This document shows, in pieces, positions 51,246 through 62,852 of a DNA stretch of 64,000 nucleotides; within the stretch, counting starts at the first letter, position 1; each line of letters starts with the position of its first letter. Source of the stretch: Methanothermococcus sp. Ax23 (GTDB lineage: Archaea > AGJL01 > Methanococci > Methanococcales > Methanococcaceae); contig NZ_CP157522.1 of assembly GCF_049075655.1 (NCBI RefSeq), forward strand, positions 768,001 through 832,000. Direction: 5' to 3'. The notes beneath the pieces were generated by a model. It saw only the letters and a program-made list of their open reading frames with translations. It searched no databases and was not told the DNA's origin. The position numbers and the translations under genes were made by a program.

Positions 51246-52298
51246 TTAACTAATAAATTCTTTTTTAAACATCCCATAACATAAATTTAAAACTTCTTTT
51301 ATAACTTCATCTTTATTTCTTCCCTTCTCATATTTTGCATTTAAACCTGCGGCTTCTGCATGGCCCCCGCCTTTTCCACCCAGTTCCTTTGCAATCTTTT
51401 CCATCAAACTACCCAGATGAACTTTTCTTGAAATGGATTTTCTACATCTCGCACTTATTCTTATTTCTCGGTCTCTCTTCCTCACTGCAACCACAAAGGA
51501 CACATCTGCACCAATGGACACTATTGTTTTTGCACAGGATGCCTCGTGGGAGCTCACATGAGATAGTGCAATAACGCATTTATTTACTTCCTTTAATTCC
51601 ATCCTACTACATGCCTTTAAATGTGCTATTCTCTTACTTTCATCACTTTCCTGAGTAAGAAGGTATAAAATCTTCTGGAAACTTATTCCCTTTATAAGCC
51701 ATGCTATTGTATTGAATGTCCCTTCATTTGCAAGTTTTAAATGCTTTGTATCATAGACGATTCCGCATAATAGGGCAGTTCGGATGTTCTTTGGTGGATA
51801 TATATTCATTTCCCTAAATATATTTGAAACTATTTCACAGGTGGAAGGAGCTCTTTCATTTACAATGTATAAATCGCATAAATTTATTAAATCTGTTTTT
51901 CTATGGTGGTCGATTAAAATTATTTTTGATTCCTTTAATTTATTTTCATCAACAGATACTTGGTTTAAGCTGGATGTATCCACAAAAAAAACCACTTTTG
52001 CCAATTTTGGATAATATACAATCTCAATATTATCGTTTAATTCATCCAATACTGCCCTTGATAATTTGCTTACAGAATTCGCAGATATTCTAATGTTTTT
52101 ATTTTTTGATTTATTTAATGTATTTGCAAGATACTTTAATCCAATAGCTGCACCGACTGCATCAGGGTCTGCATTGTGATGACATAAAAATAATATATCG
52201 TTTTCCTCCCGAAATATTTTTTTAAGCTGGATTAATATATTGTCGTCAGACAATTCACAAATCTTTGATTTGGGTATATTTTCGTTAATCTTATCCAT
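51246..52298 (-). CDS. DHH/DHHA1 phosphoesterase
   Basis: HNADPDA, DT, IDHH, GGGHAEAAG. Confidence 0.9.
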   Translation of the reverse strand: MDKINENIPKSKICELSDDNILIQLKKIFREENDILFLCHHNADPDAVGAAIGLKYLANTLNKSKNKNIRISANSVSKLSRAVLDELNDNIEIVYYPKLAKVVFFVDTSSLNQVSVDENKLKESKIILIDHHRKTDLINLCDLYIVNERAPSTCEIVSNIFREMNIYPPKNIRTALLCGIVYDTKHLKLANEGTFNTIAWLIKGISFQKILYLLTQESDESKRIAHLKACSRMELKEVNKCVIALSHVSSHEASCAKTIVSIGADVSFVVAVRKRDREIRISARCRKSISRKVHLGSLMEKIAKELGGKGGGHAEAAGLNAKYEKGRNKDEVIKEVLNLCYGMFKKEFIS

Positions 52299-52424
52299 AA
52301 TTACACCAAAAATAGTAGTAAATTAAAATTAAAAAATAGAAAATAAAAACAATATGCATGTTATATACTAAATAATATAAAAATGTTATATTAATGTATA
52401 TTGTTATTTTATTATTTTATCATA

Positions 52425-53177
52425 TTATATCGGAACAACAACGGGTATTCCTTTGTATTCATCCACATGAGCTCTGACGCCATAAACTGCCTCAATATTT
52501 TCAGGAGTAATTACCTCTTTCCCACCTTCTGCAAAAATCTTCCCATCTTTCAGCATTATAAATTTATCGGAAAATCTTAAAGCAAGATTCAAATCATGCA
52601 TTACAATAATTAAGGCAATATTCTTGGATTTTGAAATATCCCTAATAATTTTTAGGGATTCCAGCTGGTTTTTTAAATCAAGATTGTTTGTAGGTTCATC
52701 GAGTAAGAGAACATGAGGTTCTTGAACAAGAGCTCTTGCAATTATCACCTTCTGCAACTCGCCGCCGCTTAATTCATTTGTGTATCTTAAAGCATAATCT
52801 TCCAAATTCATAAGTTTTAAAATATTATTTACTAATTCAATATCTTTTTCTGATATTTCCCATTTTATGTGGGGTTTTCTTCCCAAAAGCACAGTATCAA
52901 ACACAGTCATGTAGTTTCCATCTGCCCGCTGTGGAACATATCCCATTTTCTTTGCAATTTCTAAATTATCCAGTTTATCAATATCATAATTATCTATTAA
53001 TATAGTCCCCTGCTTTGGTTTTAAAATTTTATTTATGCATTTTATAAGTGTTGATTTTCCAGCCCCATTAACTCCAAGAATGGAAACAACATCTCCTCTA
53101 TTAACCTTAAATTTCACATTTTCCAGTATTCTTTTGCTTTTATATGAAAACTCAATGCCATCAACTGAAAGAATCAT
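52425..53177 (-). CDS. Iron/cobalamin ABC transporter ATPase
   Basis: [20 protein letters not shown]. Confidence 0.92.
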   Translation of the reverse strand: MILSVDGIEFSYKSKRILENVKFKVNRGDVVSILGVNGAGKSTLIKCINKILKPKQGTILIDNYDIDKLDNLEIAKKMGYVPQRADGNYMTVFDTVLLGRKPHIKWEISEKDIELVNNILKLMNLEDYALRYTNELSGGELQKVIIARALVQEPHVLLLDEPTNNLDLKNQLESLKIIRDISKSKNIALIIVMHDLNLALRFSDKFIMLKDGKIFAEGGKEVITPENIEAVYGVRAHVDEYKGIPVVVPI

Positions 53178-53190
53178 AATTACCACTTTT

Positions 53191-54237
53191 TTACCTTTTA
53201 TACATTCTCATAATCAGATACAAAAACATCGGAGCTCCCATAAATGACGTTAGTATTCCAACAGGCAATACTATTGGAGATATTATTGTTCTTGCAAATG
53301 TATCGGCAATTAACAACAAAACCGCACCAAATAGTGCTGATATAGGAATTAAAAATCTATAATCTCCACCAATAAATATCCTCACAATGTGGGGGCATAT
53401 AAGCCCTATGAATCCAATTATTCCTAAGAATGCCACATTTACAGCGGTTAACAGTGAAGCTATGAACATCCCTATTAATCTGGTTCTTTCGGTATTAACT
53501 CCCAATGATTTTGCAGTTTCTTCTCCCGCCTCCAATGCGTTGTAGTCCCACCGCTTGTATATAAAATACAACAATGCAGGAATCATAATTGCAACCATAA
53601 TGTATATTTCATCCCATAGCGGTCTTCCCAAGTCTCCAAATGTCCAATAGACCATTGCCGCAAGCTGTAAGTCGTCGGCGAAGTATTGTATCAACATTGT
53701 GGATGCTGTAAATAGTGAGCTCATAGCTACCCCCGCCAAAATCATGGCCTCAGGAGACAACCCCCTCAGTTTTGCAAGCAATAGTATAACAAAAACTCCA
53801 ATTAATGCACCGAGAAATGCAAAAATTGTAATGGAGTAGGGATTATTTACAAATATACGACCTGTGCTTTCTGCACCTCCTGCACCGAGAAGTATTATTG
53901 CGAGTGCGGCACCAAACATTGCTCCATGAGAAATTCCCATTGTAAATGGACTTGCAAGGGGATTCCTTAAAATACACTGCATAACTGCCCCAGCAACAGC
54001 CATGGATACTCCAGCGATTATTGCGGCAAAAACCCTTGGTAATCTAATATTCCAAATAACTAACTCCGCATTACCTGTTCCATTACCTATTAAAGCATCT
54101 ACAACCTGATTGACAGTTAATCTATAATCTCCAACACACATTGCATATATTGCACTTAAAAATAAGATTATTAATAATATAATCCCAAAAGTTATCTTCT
54201 TTTCAGTATATTGTTTATATTTTTGTGGAATATCCAT
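53191..54237 (-). CDS. FecCD/BtuC-family permease
   Basis: [30 protein letters not shown]. Confidence 0.92.
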   Translation of the reverse strand: MDIPQKYKQYTEKKITFGIILLIILFLSAIYAMCVGDYRLTVNQVVDALIGNGTGNAELVIWNIRLPRVFAAIIAGVSMAVAGAVMQCILRNPLASPFTMGISHGAMFGAALAIILLGAGGAESTGRIFVNNPYSITIFAFLGALIGVFVILLLAKLRGLSPEAMILAGVAMSSLFTASTMLIQYFADDLQLAAMVYWTFGDLGRPLWDEIYIMVAIMIPALLYFIYKRWDYNALEAGEETAKSLGVNTERTRLIGMFIASLLTAVNVAFLGIIGFIGLICPHIVRIFIGGDYRFLIPISALFGAVLLLIADTFARTIISPIVLPVGILTSFMGAPMFLYLIMRMYKR

Positions 54238-54470
54238 ATTATCACATTTAAATTAAATATTGGCTGTAAATTTATTTTATCGACACTGTAATAATATAAT
54301 ATTATGTTAATAAAAATTAGTATTATCCAAAAATTATTATTATCAAATATAAATATTTAGCTGTTTATAATAATTAATCTTAAAAATAGAGAAAATTTCA
54401 TAAAAATAAAATAATTAAATAGGATAGGATGATTGATGGATTTTTTGACCCAATCCTTATTTGAATATTA

Positions 54471-55610
54471 TTATTCAAATTTTAGCTTTTCAAATCCTCC
54501 TAATTTCTCTTTCATTGTATTATAAACTGATTTTCCTACAAGGAATGTGTATATTTCGTCTGCTTTCTGCTCTGGATTAATGTCCTTAAATTCATCTGGA
54601 TAAATTACTTTTCCCACATAATAGGCATCTGCCAATGCTGTGCCAACGTTTGTTGTGTAGTAGTTGTAAGGGAGAAGTCCATAAACATTTCCGTCTTTAA
54701 ATGCCTTCAATGAGTTGTAATACTCAGGATTTTTACTATAATCTTCTCTAACAAGTTTTATACCGCCTTCATCAATAAATATTATATCTGGATTCCACTT
54801 TAAGAGCTGTTCCTTTGTTATGAACACATGTGAAGGTTTGTTTAATTCATCTACAACATTTTCTGCATTAACTGCCATGAATGGCGGATAATTACAGGAT
54901 GTGCTGTCAATTCCATGCATTCCTTTGAATCCTATCCCTCCAACATATACTGTTGGTTTTTTATCATCTGAGATATTCTTTGTTCTCTCGTTTAAATCGG
55001 TCTGGCAATCTTTTATAAATTTAACAACTTCACTTGCTCTTCCTTCTTTGCCCAATATTTTTCCCGCGAGCTCTATGGAATCAAATAACTCCTTGTTATT
55101 AAATGTTGCCAATTTTCCATAACTCAAAACAACAACAGGAATGCCTGTTTTTTGTTGCAAATCATTTGCCTGTCCCTCCGTTATGTAGCATGCAAATACT
55201 ACATCAGGTTTAACCTTAATAAGTTCCTCAGGGTTTGGCTTTGGACTAGGTCCGCCCTGTCCAATAGTTGGGAGCTCTGCAAATTCTGGATGAGCTATTC
55301 TGTATGGTCTCCCGTAGATACTCCATTTCTTTTCTGCATCTTCTACACCAACAACTCTATCTGTTGCATTTAGGTAGGTAATTAACCTTAAACATCCCGG
55401 CCCTACACACACTATTTTATTTACATCCTTGGGGACTTCAACTTCCCTTCCAAGCATGTCTGTTATTTTTATTTTTCCTGTATCTTCATTTATGGCTACT
55501 CCTGTCTGTGTCTGTGTGGTAGTTCCATTGACATTAGTTCCGCCCATACATCCGCAGAATCCAACTGCCACAATAAAGATTGTTAATAATCCTATTAATT
55601 TTTTTAACAC
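54471..55610 (-). CDS. Iron/cobalamin ABC substrate-binding lipoprotein
   Basis: Lipobox [24 protein letters not shown]. Confidence 0.88.
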   Translation of the reverse strand: MLKKLIGLLTIFIVAVGFCGCMGGTNVNGTTTQTQTGVAINEDTGKIKITDMLGREVEVPKDVNKIVCVGPGCLRLITYLNATDRVVGVEDAEKKWSIYGRPYRIAHPEFAELPTIGQGGPSPKPNPEELIKVKPDVVFACYITEGQANDLQQKTGIPVVVLSYGKLATFNNKELFDSIELAGKILGKEGRASEVVKFIKDCQTDLNERTKNISDDKKPTVYVGGIGFKGMHGIDSTSCNYPPFMAVNAENVVDELNKPSHVFITKEQLLKWNPDIIFIDEGGIKLVREDYSKNPEYYNSLKAFKDGNVYGLLPYNYYTTNVGTALADAYYVGKVIYPDEFKDINPEQKADEIYTFLVGKSVYNTMKEKLGGFEKLKFE

Positions 55611-55799
55611 TATATCACCTTTTTGTGTGATAATATAATATTTGGAACAGTTATTATATATAAATAACTTTATGATATAATTTATTTAATAGTATTATAA
55701 ATATAATTTTTATAATAATAAGAATTATGGACCCCCAAAAAGTTATTTAAATGATATTTATCAGAAATAATTTATTAATTAATAATTGTGAGGGAAATA

Positions 55800-57026
55800 A
55801 TGGATGCAGTTATATTATGTGCGGGAAAAGGAACAAGATTAATGCCTTTAACTGAAAACAGACCAAAACCAATGATTCCAATAGCAGGGAAGCCGATTTT
55901 GGAGCATATAATTGGTAAAATTGAGGATTTTGTAGATAATATATATTTGATTGTAAAGTATAAAAAGGAAATAATAATAAACCACTTCAAAAATCACCCG
56001 AAAATAACCTTTATAGAACAGAAAGAAATTGATGGAACAGGATATGCTGTTTTAATGGCAAAGAACCATATAAATGATGATTTTTTAGTAATAAACGGCG
56101 ATGTTATTTTTGACGACGATTTAAAAGATATTATGCATTATAAAAATGCAATGGCATTAACTGAGGTAGATAATCCTGAAAATTTTGGGGTGGTAGTTTT
56201 AGATGATGAAGATAATATAATAGAATTACAGGAAAAGCCGAAAAATCCAAAATCCAACCTTATAAATGCAGGCATATATAAATTTGAAAAAAATATATTT
56301 GAGATATTGGAAAATTTAAAACCATCGGAGAGGGGGGAGGTAGAGCTCACCGATGCTATAAAGGAGCTCATCCAAAATGGAAATATAAAGGGTATAAAAT
56401 TAAATGGATATTGGAACGATATTGGAAGACCTTGGGACTTGCTCGATGCAAATAAACATCTTTTAAAAGATATTAAAACTAATATAAGGGGAAAAATTGG
56501 AAAAAATGTTGTAATTGAGGGAAATGTAATAATAGAAGAAGGAGCAGAGATAAAACATAACACTGTAATTGAAGGACCCGCAATAATTAAATCTGGTGCA
56601 ATTGTTGGACCATTGGCATACATTCGACCAAATACCGTTTTGATGGAAAATACAGGAGTTGGAAACTCATCAGAGGTAAAAGGAAGCATTATAATGAAAA
56701 ATACAAAGGTTCCTCATCTTTCCTATGTAGGGGACAGTATCATTGGAGAAAACTGCAATATCGCCTGCAATACCATTACGGCAAATTTAAGATTTGATGA
56801 TAAGCCTGTTAAAGTAAGTATAAAAGGAAAAATTGTTAAAAGTGTTAGAAAACTTGGAGTAATAATGGGGGATAATGTAAAAACAGGAGTTCAAGTTTCG
56901 TTCATGCCAGGAGTTAAAATTGGGAGCTCCTGCTGGATTGGGGCAAACTGTTTAATTGATAGAGATGTGGAATCAGATAGTTTTGTTTATAAAAAGGAGG
57001 AGATAATAAAAACCAAAAGAGAATAA
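55800..57026 (+). CDS. glmU: Bifunctional sugar-1-phosphate nucleotidyl/acetyltransferase
   Basis: LCAGKGTRLMPLT..RPKP, hexapeptide repeats, HLSYVGDS. Confidence 0.88.
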   Translation: MDAVILCAGKGTRLMPLTENRPKPMIPIAGKPILEHIIGKIEDFVDNIYLIVKYKKEIIINHFKNHPKITFIEQKEIDGTGYAVLMAKNHINDDFLVINGDVIFDDDLKDIMHYKNAMALTEVDNPENFGVVVLDDEDNIIELQEKPKNPKSNLINAGIYKFEKNIFEILENLKPSERGEVELTDAIKELIQNGNIKGIKLNGYWNDIGRPWDLLDANKHLLKDIKTNIRGKIGKNVVIEGNVIIEEGAEIKHNTVIEGPAIIKSGAIVGPLAYIRPNTVLMENTGVGNSSEVKGSIIMKNTKVPHLSYVGDSIIGENCNIACNTITANLRFDDKPVKVSIKGKIVKSVRKLGVIMGDNVKTGVQVSFMPGVKIGSSCWIGANCLIDRDVESDSFVYKKEEIIKTKRE

Positions 57027-57042
57027 AATATAACATTCCCTT

Positions 57043-58263
57043 TTATTCATTTATTTCTGAAAATACTTCATCCAATGCATCAACCAATTCATCAATATGC
57101 TCTTTTTTCACAATAAGTGGGGGGAGGAATCTTAAAACTGTGTCTGATGTGCAGTTTATCAAATAGCCTTTTTCAAGCATTTTTTTAACAATATCTCCAC
57201 CGTTAAAGGACAATTCCATACCTATCATTAATCCCATTCCTCTAATTTCCTTTATGAATGGATATTTATCTTTGAGATTCTTTAATTTGGTAATAAAATA
57301 ATCTCCCATTTTTTGGGTGTTTTGTAGGAGCTCTTCCACAATACTAACAGAAGCATAGGCACTTGCACAGGCAAGTTGATTACCTCCAAATGTTGTCCCA
57401 TGGCTTCCTGGGGTAAATGCATCAGCTATTTCTTCCTTTGCAAGTGTTGCACCTATTGGGAATCCAGCACCAAGAGCCTTTGCAAGGGTGAGTATATCTG
57501 GTTTGATGTTATAATGTTCGTATGCAAACATTTTTCCAGTTCTACCCATACCGCATTGAACTTCGTCGAATATTAAGACAATGTTTTTATCATCGCATAA
57601 GTCTCTAACGCCTTTTAAATAGTCCTTATCTGCAATATATACTCCTCCTTCCCCTTGGACCGGTTCAAGCATTATTGCAGTAGTTTTATTGGTTATATTT
57701 TCCTTTAAAGCTTCTAAATCGTTAAATGAGACATATTTAAATCCTCTTGGAAGAGGTTCATATCCTTCTTGATATTTTGGTTTTGCCGTTGCTGTTATTG
57801 TGGTTAAAGTCCTTCCGTGGAAACTGTGTTCCATCGTAATTATTTCCCCTTCACCGATGCCGTTGTTTTTACCGTATTTTCTTGCAAGTTTTATTGCAGC
57901 TTCGTTTGCCTCTGCACCGCTGTTTGAGAAAAAAGCCCTATCTAATCCACTTAATTCAACAAGTTTTTTTGCCAGTTTTACCTGTGGCACTATATAGTAT
58001 ATATTTGATGTGTGCATAAGGGTTTCAGCTTGCTTTTTTATAGTTTCAACTACTTCTGGGTTGCAGTGTCCAATATTATTTACGGCAATTCCCGCAAGGA
58101 AATCTAAGTATTTCCTACCATTTATGTCTTCAACATACATTCCTTCCCCTTTAACAAGAACAACAGGCAATCTTCCATAGGTTTTCATTATATATTTTTC
58201 ATCTTCTTCCATTATGCTTTTTTCGTCTATGTTGCAATATATTTCATCGAAAAATTTAGCCAT
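57043..58263 (-). CDS. argD: Acetylornithine aminotransferase
   Basis: NSGAEANE, FHGRT, DEVQCGMGRTG, HGTTFGGN. Confidence 0.92.
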   Translation of the reverse strand: MAKFFDEIYCNIDEKSIMEEDEKYIMKTYGRLPVVLVKGEGMYVEDINGRKYLDFLAGIAVNNIGHCNPEVVETIKKQAETLMHTSNIYYIVPQVKLAKKLVELSGLDRAFFSNSGAEANEAAIKLARKYGKNNGIGEGEIITMEHSFHGRTLTTITATAKPKYQEGYEPLPRGFKYVSFNDLEALKENITNKTTAIMLEPVQGEGGVYIADKDYLKGVRDLCDDKNIVLIFDEVQCGMGRTGKMFAYEHYNIKPDILTLAKALGAGFPIGATLAKEEIADAFTPGSHGTTFGGNQLACASAYASVSIVEELLQNTQKMGDYFITKLKNLKDKYPFIKEIRGMGLMIGMELSFNGGDIVKKMLEKGYLINCTSDTVLRFLPPLIVKKEHIDELVDALDEVFSEINE

Positions 58264-58417
58264 TAAATCACCATAATTTAAATGATTATTATAATAAATT
58301 AGTTGCATATTTATAAATATAAAATTAACTAATACCATAATAAAAATAGACATAATAAAAATTAAAATAAATAAATTAAGTGAATTAAAAAATGAAATAT
58401 AAATTAAAAGTGAGATT

Positions 58418-59026
58418 ATGCACTATTTTTCTGAAAAACCAGAATCAGCACATAAAGAAATGACAATTGAAGGAATTTTAAGGAATAAAAAACTTATTTT
58501 TAAAACAGATACTGGAATATTTTCCCCTAAAAAAATAGATAAGGGCACAAAAATATTGGTTGAAGCACTGGAATTAAATAAAACCGATGATGTGCTTGAT
58601 ATTGGTTGTGGATATGGTGTTGTTGGCATAGCAATAGCCGATGAGGTAAATTCCATAACAATGACTGATATAAACAAACGGGCAGTAAAGCTTGCAAAAG
58701 AAAACATAAAATTAAACGATATAAGTAAGGATAAAGATATAACGGTTGTTCAGGGGGATTTATACGAAAATGTTAAGAATAAAAAATATGATGTAATTAT
58801 TTCAAATCCTCCAATAAAAGCAGGAAAGGAAATAATTCATAGAATAATAAAGGAAGGAAAGGAACTTTTAAAAGATAACGGTAGCATCTGGGTAGTTATC
58901 CAAACAAAACATGGGGCAAAATCACTTACAAAATTTATGGAAGAAGTTTTTGGAAATGTGGAAATAATAACCATTAAGGGAGGATATAGGGTATTAAGGT
59001 CTAAAAAATATAAATTAAGGCATTAA
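58418..59026 (+). CDS. RsmC-like class I SAM methyltransferase
   Basis: MHYFS, DIGCGYG, SNPP. Confidence 0.88.
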   Translation: MHYFSEKPESAHKEMTIEGILRNKKLIFKTDTGIFSPKKIDKGTKILVEALELNKTDDVLDIGCGYGVVGIAIADEVNSITMTDINKRAVKLAKENIKLNDISKDKDITVVQGDLYENVKNKKYDVIISNPPIKAGKEIIHRIIKEGKELLKDNGSIWVVIQTKHGAKSLTKFMEEVFGNVEIITIKGGYRVLRSKKYKLRH

Positions 59027-59158
59027 TATAAAGTTCCAACCGACACGAAGCGAAGCGTAGTGGAGGTTGGATTTGAATAGCAAACTTTTTTAAAGTTTGC
59101 GTGGGAATAATAACCATTAAGGGAGGATATAGGGTATTAAGGTCTAAAAAAATATAAA
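58958..59158 (+). repeat. About 57-bp direct repeat of the methyltransferase 3' end flanking a palindromic insert
   Basis: gtgg(a/g)aataataaccattaagggaggatatagggtattaaggtctaaaaaa at 58958 and 59101; insert has TCCAACC..GGTTGGA and GCAAACTTT-TTT-AAAGTTTGC. Confidence 0.85.
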
Positions 59159-59196
59159 ATGAAAAAATATAAAATAAATATAAAATAGGGGTATTT

Positions 59197-59892
59197 ATGA
59201 TAAATTATATATTTGGTTTAATAGGGCTTCTTGTGGCATCAATACAGGATTTTAGAAGTAGGGAGATTGAGGATTATATTTGGATATCCATGGTAGTTTT
59301 TGGATTGGGGTATCATATATATTTATCAATTACCACTGGAAATTACTATTATTTAATCAATTCCATTTCTGGATTTGTGTTGTGTTTTATATTGGGCTAC
59401 TTAATGTTTTTATGCGGCGTAGGGGGAGGAGATGGCAAAGTGTTAATGGGTATGGGAGCTCTCACTCCAAAGTATGACATGCCGATTCATTCCACTTTTG
59501 GAAGTATTTTAAATATCAATTACATCCCCACATTTCCAATAATGGTGTTTATAAACGGCATGTTTTTTATGATTTTTTTGCCAATAATTATTCTTTTAAA
59601 GAATCTTATAAATGGAGCTAAACCAAAGAGTATTAAACAATTTATTATATTATGCTTTGGAGAAAAAATGAAGGTTAAGGATGCAAAAGATAAAAACAGG
59701 CTTATAATGGGTCGTGAAGATGATTTTAAATTTTTTCCTTCGTCAGAAGATGACGATTTTTCAAAATATGATGACAATGAATATATCTATGTAACCCCTA
59801 TGATTCCCCTGATAATTCCCATCACAATATCTTATATAATTACCCCATTTATCGGAGATTATTTAATTTATCTACTAATTCCGTTCAAATAG
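59197..59892 (+). CDS. flaK: Preflagellin peptidase
   Basis: [23 protein letters not shown]. Confidence 0.9.
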   Translation: MINYIFGLIGLLVASIQDFRSREIEDYIWISMVVFGLGYHIYLSITTGNYYYLINSISGFVLCFILGYLMFLCGVGGGDGKVLMGMGALTPKYDMPIHSTFGSILNINYIPTFPIMVFINGMFFMIFLPIIILLKNLINGAKPKSIKQFIILCFGEKMKVKDAKDKNRLIMGREDDFKFFPSSEDDDFSKYDDNEYIYVTPMIPLIIPITISYIITPFIGDYLIYLLIPFK

Positions 59893-59911
59893 CAAACATT
59901 ATAAAAAATAA

Positions 59912-60760
59912 TTAAAATAATTCGATATTATATAATCTCTCAATATTTTCCTTATGAATTTTATAAACTCCCTCCTCATCAAGTAATCCCGAATCTATAA
60001 GTTTTTTTGTCCTTCTTGGAACTGTTTTTATCCCTAAAACAACGCCCGGTCTTTTTAAATCATCTATGTAATCTGTTTCCATCACAAATCTAAGGGACTT
60101 TTTTACAGCTTCTGATACTGGTTTAGATGCCACTATTGAAGGAAATATTCCATATTTTTCCCCTTCCAACACCATATCTCCACAGTGATGTTTTATAACC
60201 TTTTCAGGATTTAAATTAACGGATTTAGCCATATCTCTGAATTCTTTAAACTGCTCCTCCGACGCACTTTCAGCATGGATTTGCATGGCACAATTTAGGT
60301 CTTTTGCAATTTCCATTGAATATAGTAGTATCTCATTTGAAGCTTCCCATATTTCATTATTTACTGGATAGTGGGGTCTTCCAACTTCTCCAATTCCGAC
60401 TAAGTAATCATTTTCCTCAATAAGCTTTTTTGCGTAGTCAAGGGCATCAATCATTTTGTTTTTTGCTTCGTTTAGTTCCATGCCTTTATTTATCATTACG
60501 GTGAGCTCCGCAGGATGGACACCAACTAAACCATAGGCACTAACACCATCCACATTTTTATTTATGATTTCAATGTCCTTTATTAACACATCCATTGGCT
60601 TTTTTAAGTCGCCATTGAAGGCAGGTTTATTCAAGACAATCATTACCTTTCCACCGGCATTTTTAAAGATTTTTGCAACCTTTTCAGCACCGTATCCATT
60701 TACTCCATCTACATGAATATGGTTGTCAGTAATTGGAAGGTTTTTTATATCGACATTCAT
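59912..60760 (-). CDS. TatD-related metal-dependent hydrolase
   Basis: DNHIH, GVHP, GEVGRPH, QIH, METD. Confidence 0.85.
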   Translation of the reverse strand: MNVDIKNLPITDNHIHVDGVNGYGAEKVAKIFKNAGGKVMIVLNKPAFNGDLKKPMDVLIKDIEIINKNVDGVSAYGLVGVHPAELTVMINKGMELNEAKNKMIDALDYAKKLIEENDYLVGIGEVGRPHYPVNNEIWEASNEILLYSMEIAKDLNCAMQIHAESASEEQFKEFRDMAKSVNLNPEKVIKHHCGDMVLEGEKYGIFPSIVASKPVSEAVKKSLRFVMETDYIDDLKRPGVVLGIKTVPRRTKKLIDSGLLDEEGVYKIHKENIERLYNIELF

Positions 60761-60769
60761 AATTTCACC

Positions 60770-61195
60770 TTAATCCCACATATACAAAGCATTCCCCTTA
60801 TAATTAATCAATTTCAAATCACTTATTGGCGTTTCCCCATAAAGTGGTTTTATTAGTAATGGGATGTTGTATTTTTTACATATATCCAATATAAACGGTT
60901 GTAGGTCCCTTGGTGGTCTTATAGAGTATATTAAATCTGCATCTTTATAAACATCCAATTTTGGATTAAATATATCATCAACAAAGGCGTTTAATCCTTC
61001 TTTTTTTGCCTTTTCTATTGCGTCCTTATTTGCATCTATTACTATTAAATTTAAATTTTCATAATTATTAAGTGATTTTGCCACATTAAAATAATATCCA
61101 ATTCCTATTTCTATTATTTTAAATGATTCGCTGTTTTTTTTATTGTTTTTATTTTTAATATAGTTTTTAATAATATAATCGCATACATAATCCAC
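60770..61195 (-). CDS. UPF0146 protein
   Basis: EIGIG, DDIFNP, LIYSIRPP. Confidence 0.8.
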   Translation of the reverse strand: MDYVCDYIIKNYIKNKNNKKNSESFKIIEIGIGYYFNVAKSLNNYENLNLIVIDANKDAIEKAKKEGLNAFVDDIFNPKLDVYKDADLIYSIRPPRDLQPFILDICKKYNIPLLIKPLYGETPISDLKLINYKGNALYMWD

Positions 61196-61248
61196 AATAT
61201 CACCACTGAATATAATTATAATTATCATATATAATACTGTGATAGTTC

Positions 61249-61366
61249 AGAAAAACTTCAGTTTTTCTATGTCATTGCCTAAAAAGAGAAAAAACGGTAA
61301 TAACATCTGAAAAACCTTCGGTTTTTCTATGTTATCACTAAAAAAAGAAAAATCGTGATAACATGA
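61249..61366. repeat. Two approx. 60-bp tandem units, each with two hairpins, overlapping the taw2 start
   Basis: GAAAAAC(T/C)T(T)C(A/G)GTTTTTCTATGT twice; ATGTTATCAC..GTGATAACAT includes the start codon region. Confidence 0.7.
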
Positions 61367-62118
61367 CACTAAAATATCAAAAAATCGGAGATATAGTACT
61401 TGTAAAGAAGGATTTGACAGATGAAGAAATAAATTATTTAGTAGATAAAACAAAATGTAAAACAATAGTTAAATATGATTATATTAAGGGAGATATGCGA
61501 AAACCAACTATAAAAATACTTTATGGAACTGAAACAGAAACAATACATAAAGAACACGGATGTTTATTTAAAATTAATGTTTCAAAGGTAATGTGGAGCA
61601 TGGGAAACATTGAAGAGAGAAAGAGAATGGCATATATTTCAAATCCAGATGAAACTGTTGTTGATATGTTTGCAGGCATAGGATACTTCACCATACCAAT
61701 GGCAAAATACTCAAAACCTAAAAAAATATATGCCATTGAGATAAATCCTGATTCTTATTATTACCTATGCGAGAATGTAAAATTAAACAGATTAAACAAT
61801 GTAATTCCAATATTAAGCGATAATAGGGATGTGGAGTTAAAAAATGTGGCAGATAGGGTAATTATGGGTTATGTTTTAAAGACAAAATTCTTTTTAGATA
61901 AAGCTTTTGAATTTCTAAAAGAAGGGAAAAAATGCACAATTCACTACCATGATACATTAGCTGAAAAAATAATGAACACTGAACCAATTAACGAAATAAA
62001 ACACCACGCTGAAAAACATGGGTATGAGCTCCTATCATATAAAATACATAAAATAAAAAAATACGCACCCGGAGTTTGGCATATTGTGGTAGATGCCGAG
62101 CTCATTAAAAATAAATAA
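61363..62118 (+). CDS. taw2: tRNA wyosine-pathway aminocarboxypropyltransferase (TYW2/Trm5-like)
   Basis: TIHKEHGC, KVMWS.GN..ER, DMFAGIGYF, YAPGVWH. Confidence 0.85.
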   Translation: MTLKYQKIGDIVLVKKDLTDEEINYLVDKTKCKTIVKYDYIKGDMRKPTIKILYGTETETIHKEHGCLFKINVSKVMWSMGNIEERKRMAYISNPDETVVDMFAGIGYFTIPMAKYSKPKKIYAIEINPDSYYYLCENVKLNRLNNVIPILSDNRDVELKNVADRVIMGYVLKTKFFLDKAFEFLKEGKKCTIHYHDTLAEKIMNTEPINEIKHHAEKHGYELLSYKIHKIKKYAPGVWHIVVDAELIKNK

Positions 62119-62135
62119 ATTAATATATTTTAATA

Positions 62136-62822
62136 CTAAATTTTTATACAATTTAATACAGCTTTTTTATGGATGTCCAGGGCTTTTTGCTTTTTGCACT
62201 CTTTTCTAAATATTTTTATTTTTCCAGCCACACAAGGATACCGTTGAATTATCATTGCAGATTTTCTGCTTAAATTCTCTATATCTTTTGCATCAAGGTC
62301 CTTCATAGATTTAGCCATAAATAACGTGCTTCCACATATAGATGTCCTAATCACCTTTACATCTTCAACTTTATTATCCTTTATATGGACTTCAACCTTG
62401 GGAACTCCAAATTCTTCTAAAAATTCTTTTAACTGAGGATATTTAATTATTAAATCGCCTACATCCTTTTCATCCAATAAACACATTTCCTCTGGACATA
62501 TGGCATCAAACCTGTTTAATTCTTTTTTCTGACCCTCTCCACTCCATGTGGCAATTATTATTGCAATATTCTTTTTGAGCTCCTTTGCCTTCCTGCAAAC
62601 TTCGTATGTATTATCTGGATGCTGAGTATATAGTAATAAAATATCCGCTTCTTTAACTTTATCTGTTAATTCCTGAGGTAATTCTATTTCATCAACGATA
62701 AAATTGGTGGGTTTGTCTATTTTACAGATTCCTATAAACTCATTTTTCTTTCCAAATGAATTTATAGTCCCCTGAATCCTGTACCCATATGCTCCATCGG
62801 TTATTACTAATATTTTTGCCAT
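62136..62822 (-). CDS. DUF166-family protein
   Basis: DGAYG.R, HPD, CPEEMC, ICGST, YPCVA. Confidence 0.65.
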   Translation of the reverse strand: MAKILVITDGAYGYRIQGTINSFGKKNEFIGICKIDKPTNFIVDEIELPQELTDKVKEADILLLYTQHPDNTYEVCRKAKELKKNIAIIIATWSGEGQKKELNRFDAICPEEMCLLDEKDVGDLIIKYPQLKEFLEEFGVPKVEVHIKDNKVEDVKVIRTSICGSTLFMAKSMKDLDAKDIENLSRKSAMIIQRYPCVAGKIKIFRKECKKQKALDIHKKAVLNCIKI

Positions 62823-62852
62823 ATTCGTACCTTTTTTTATTTTTTTATATGT

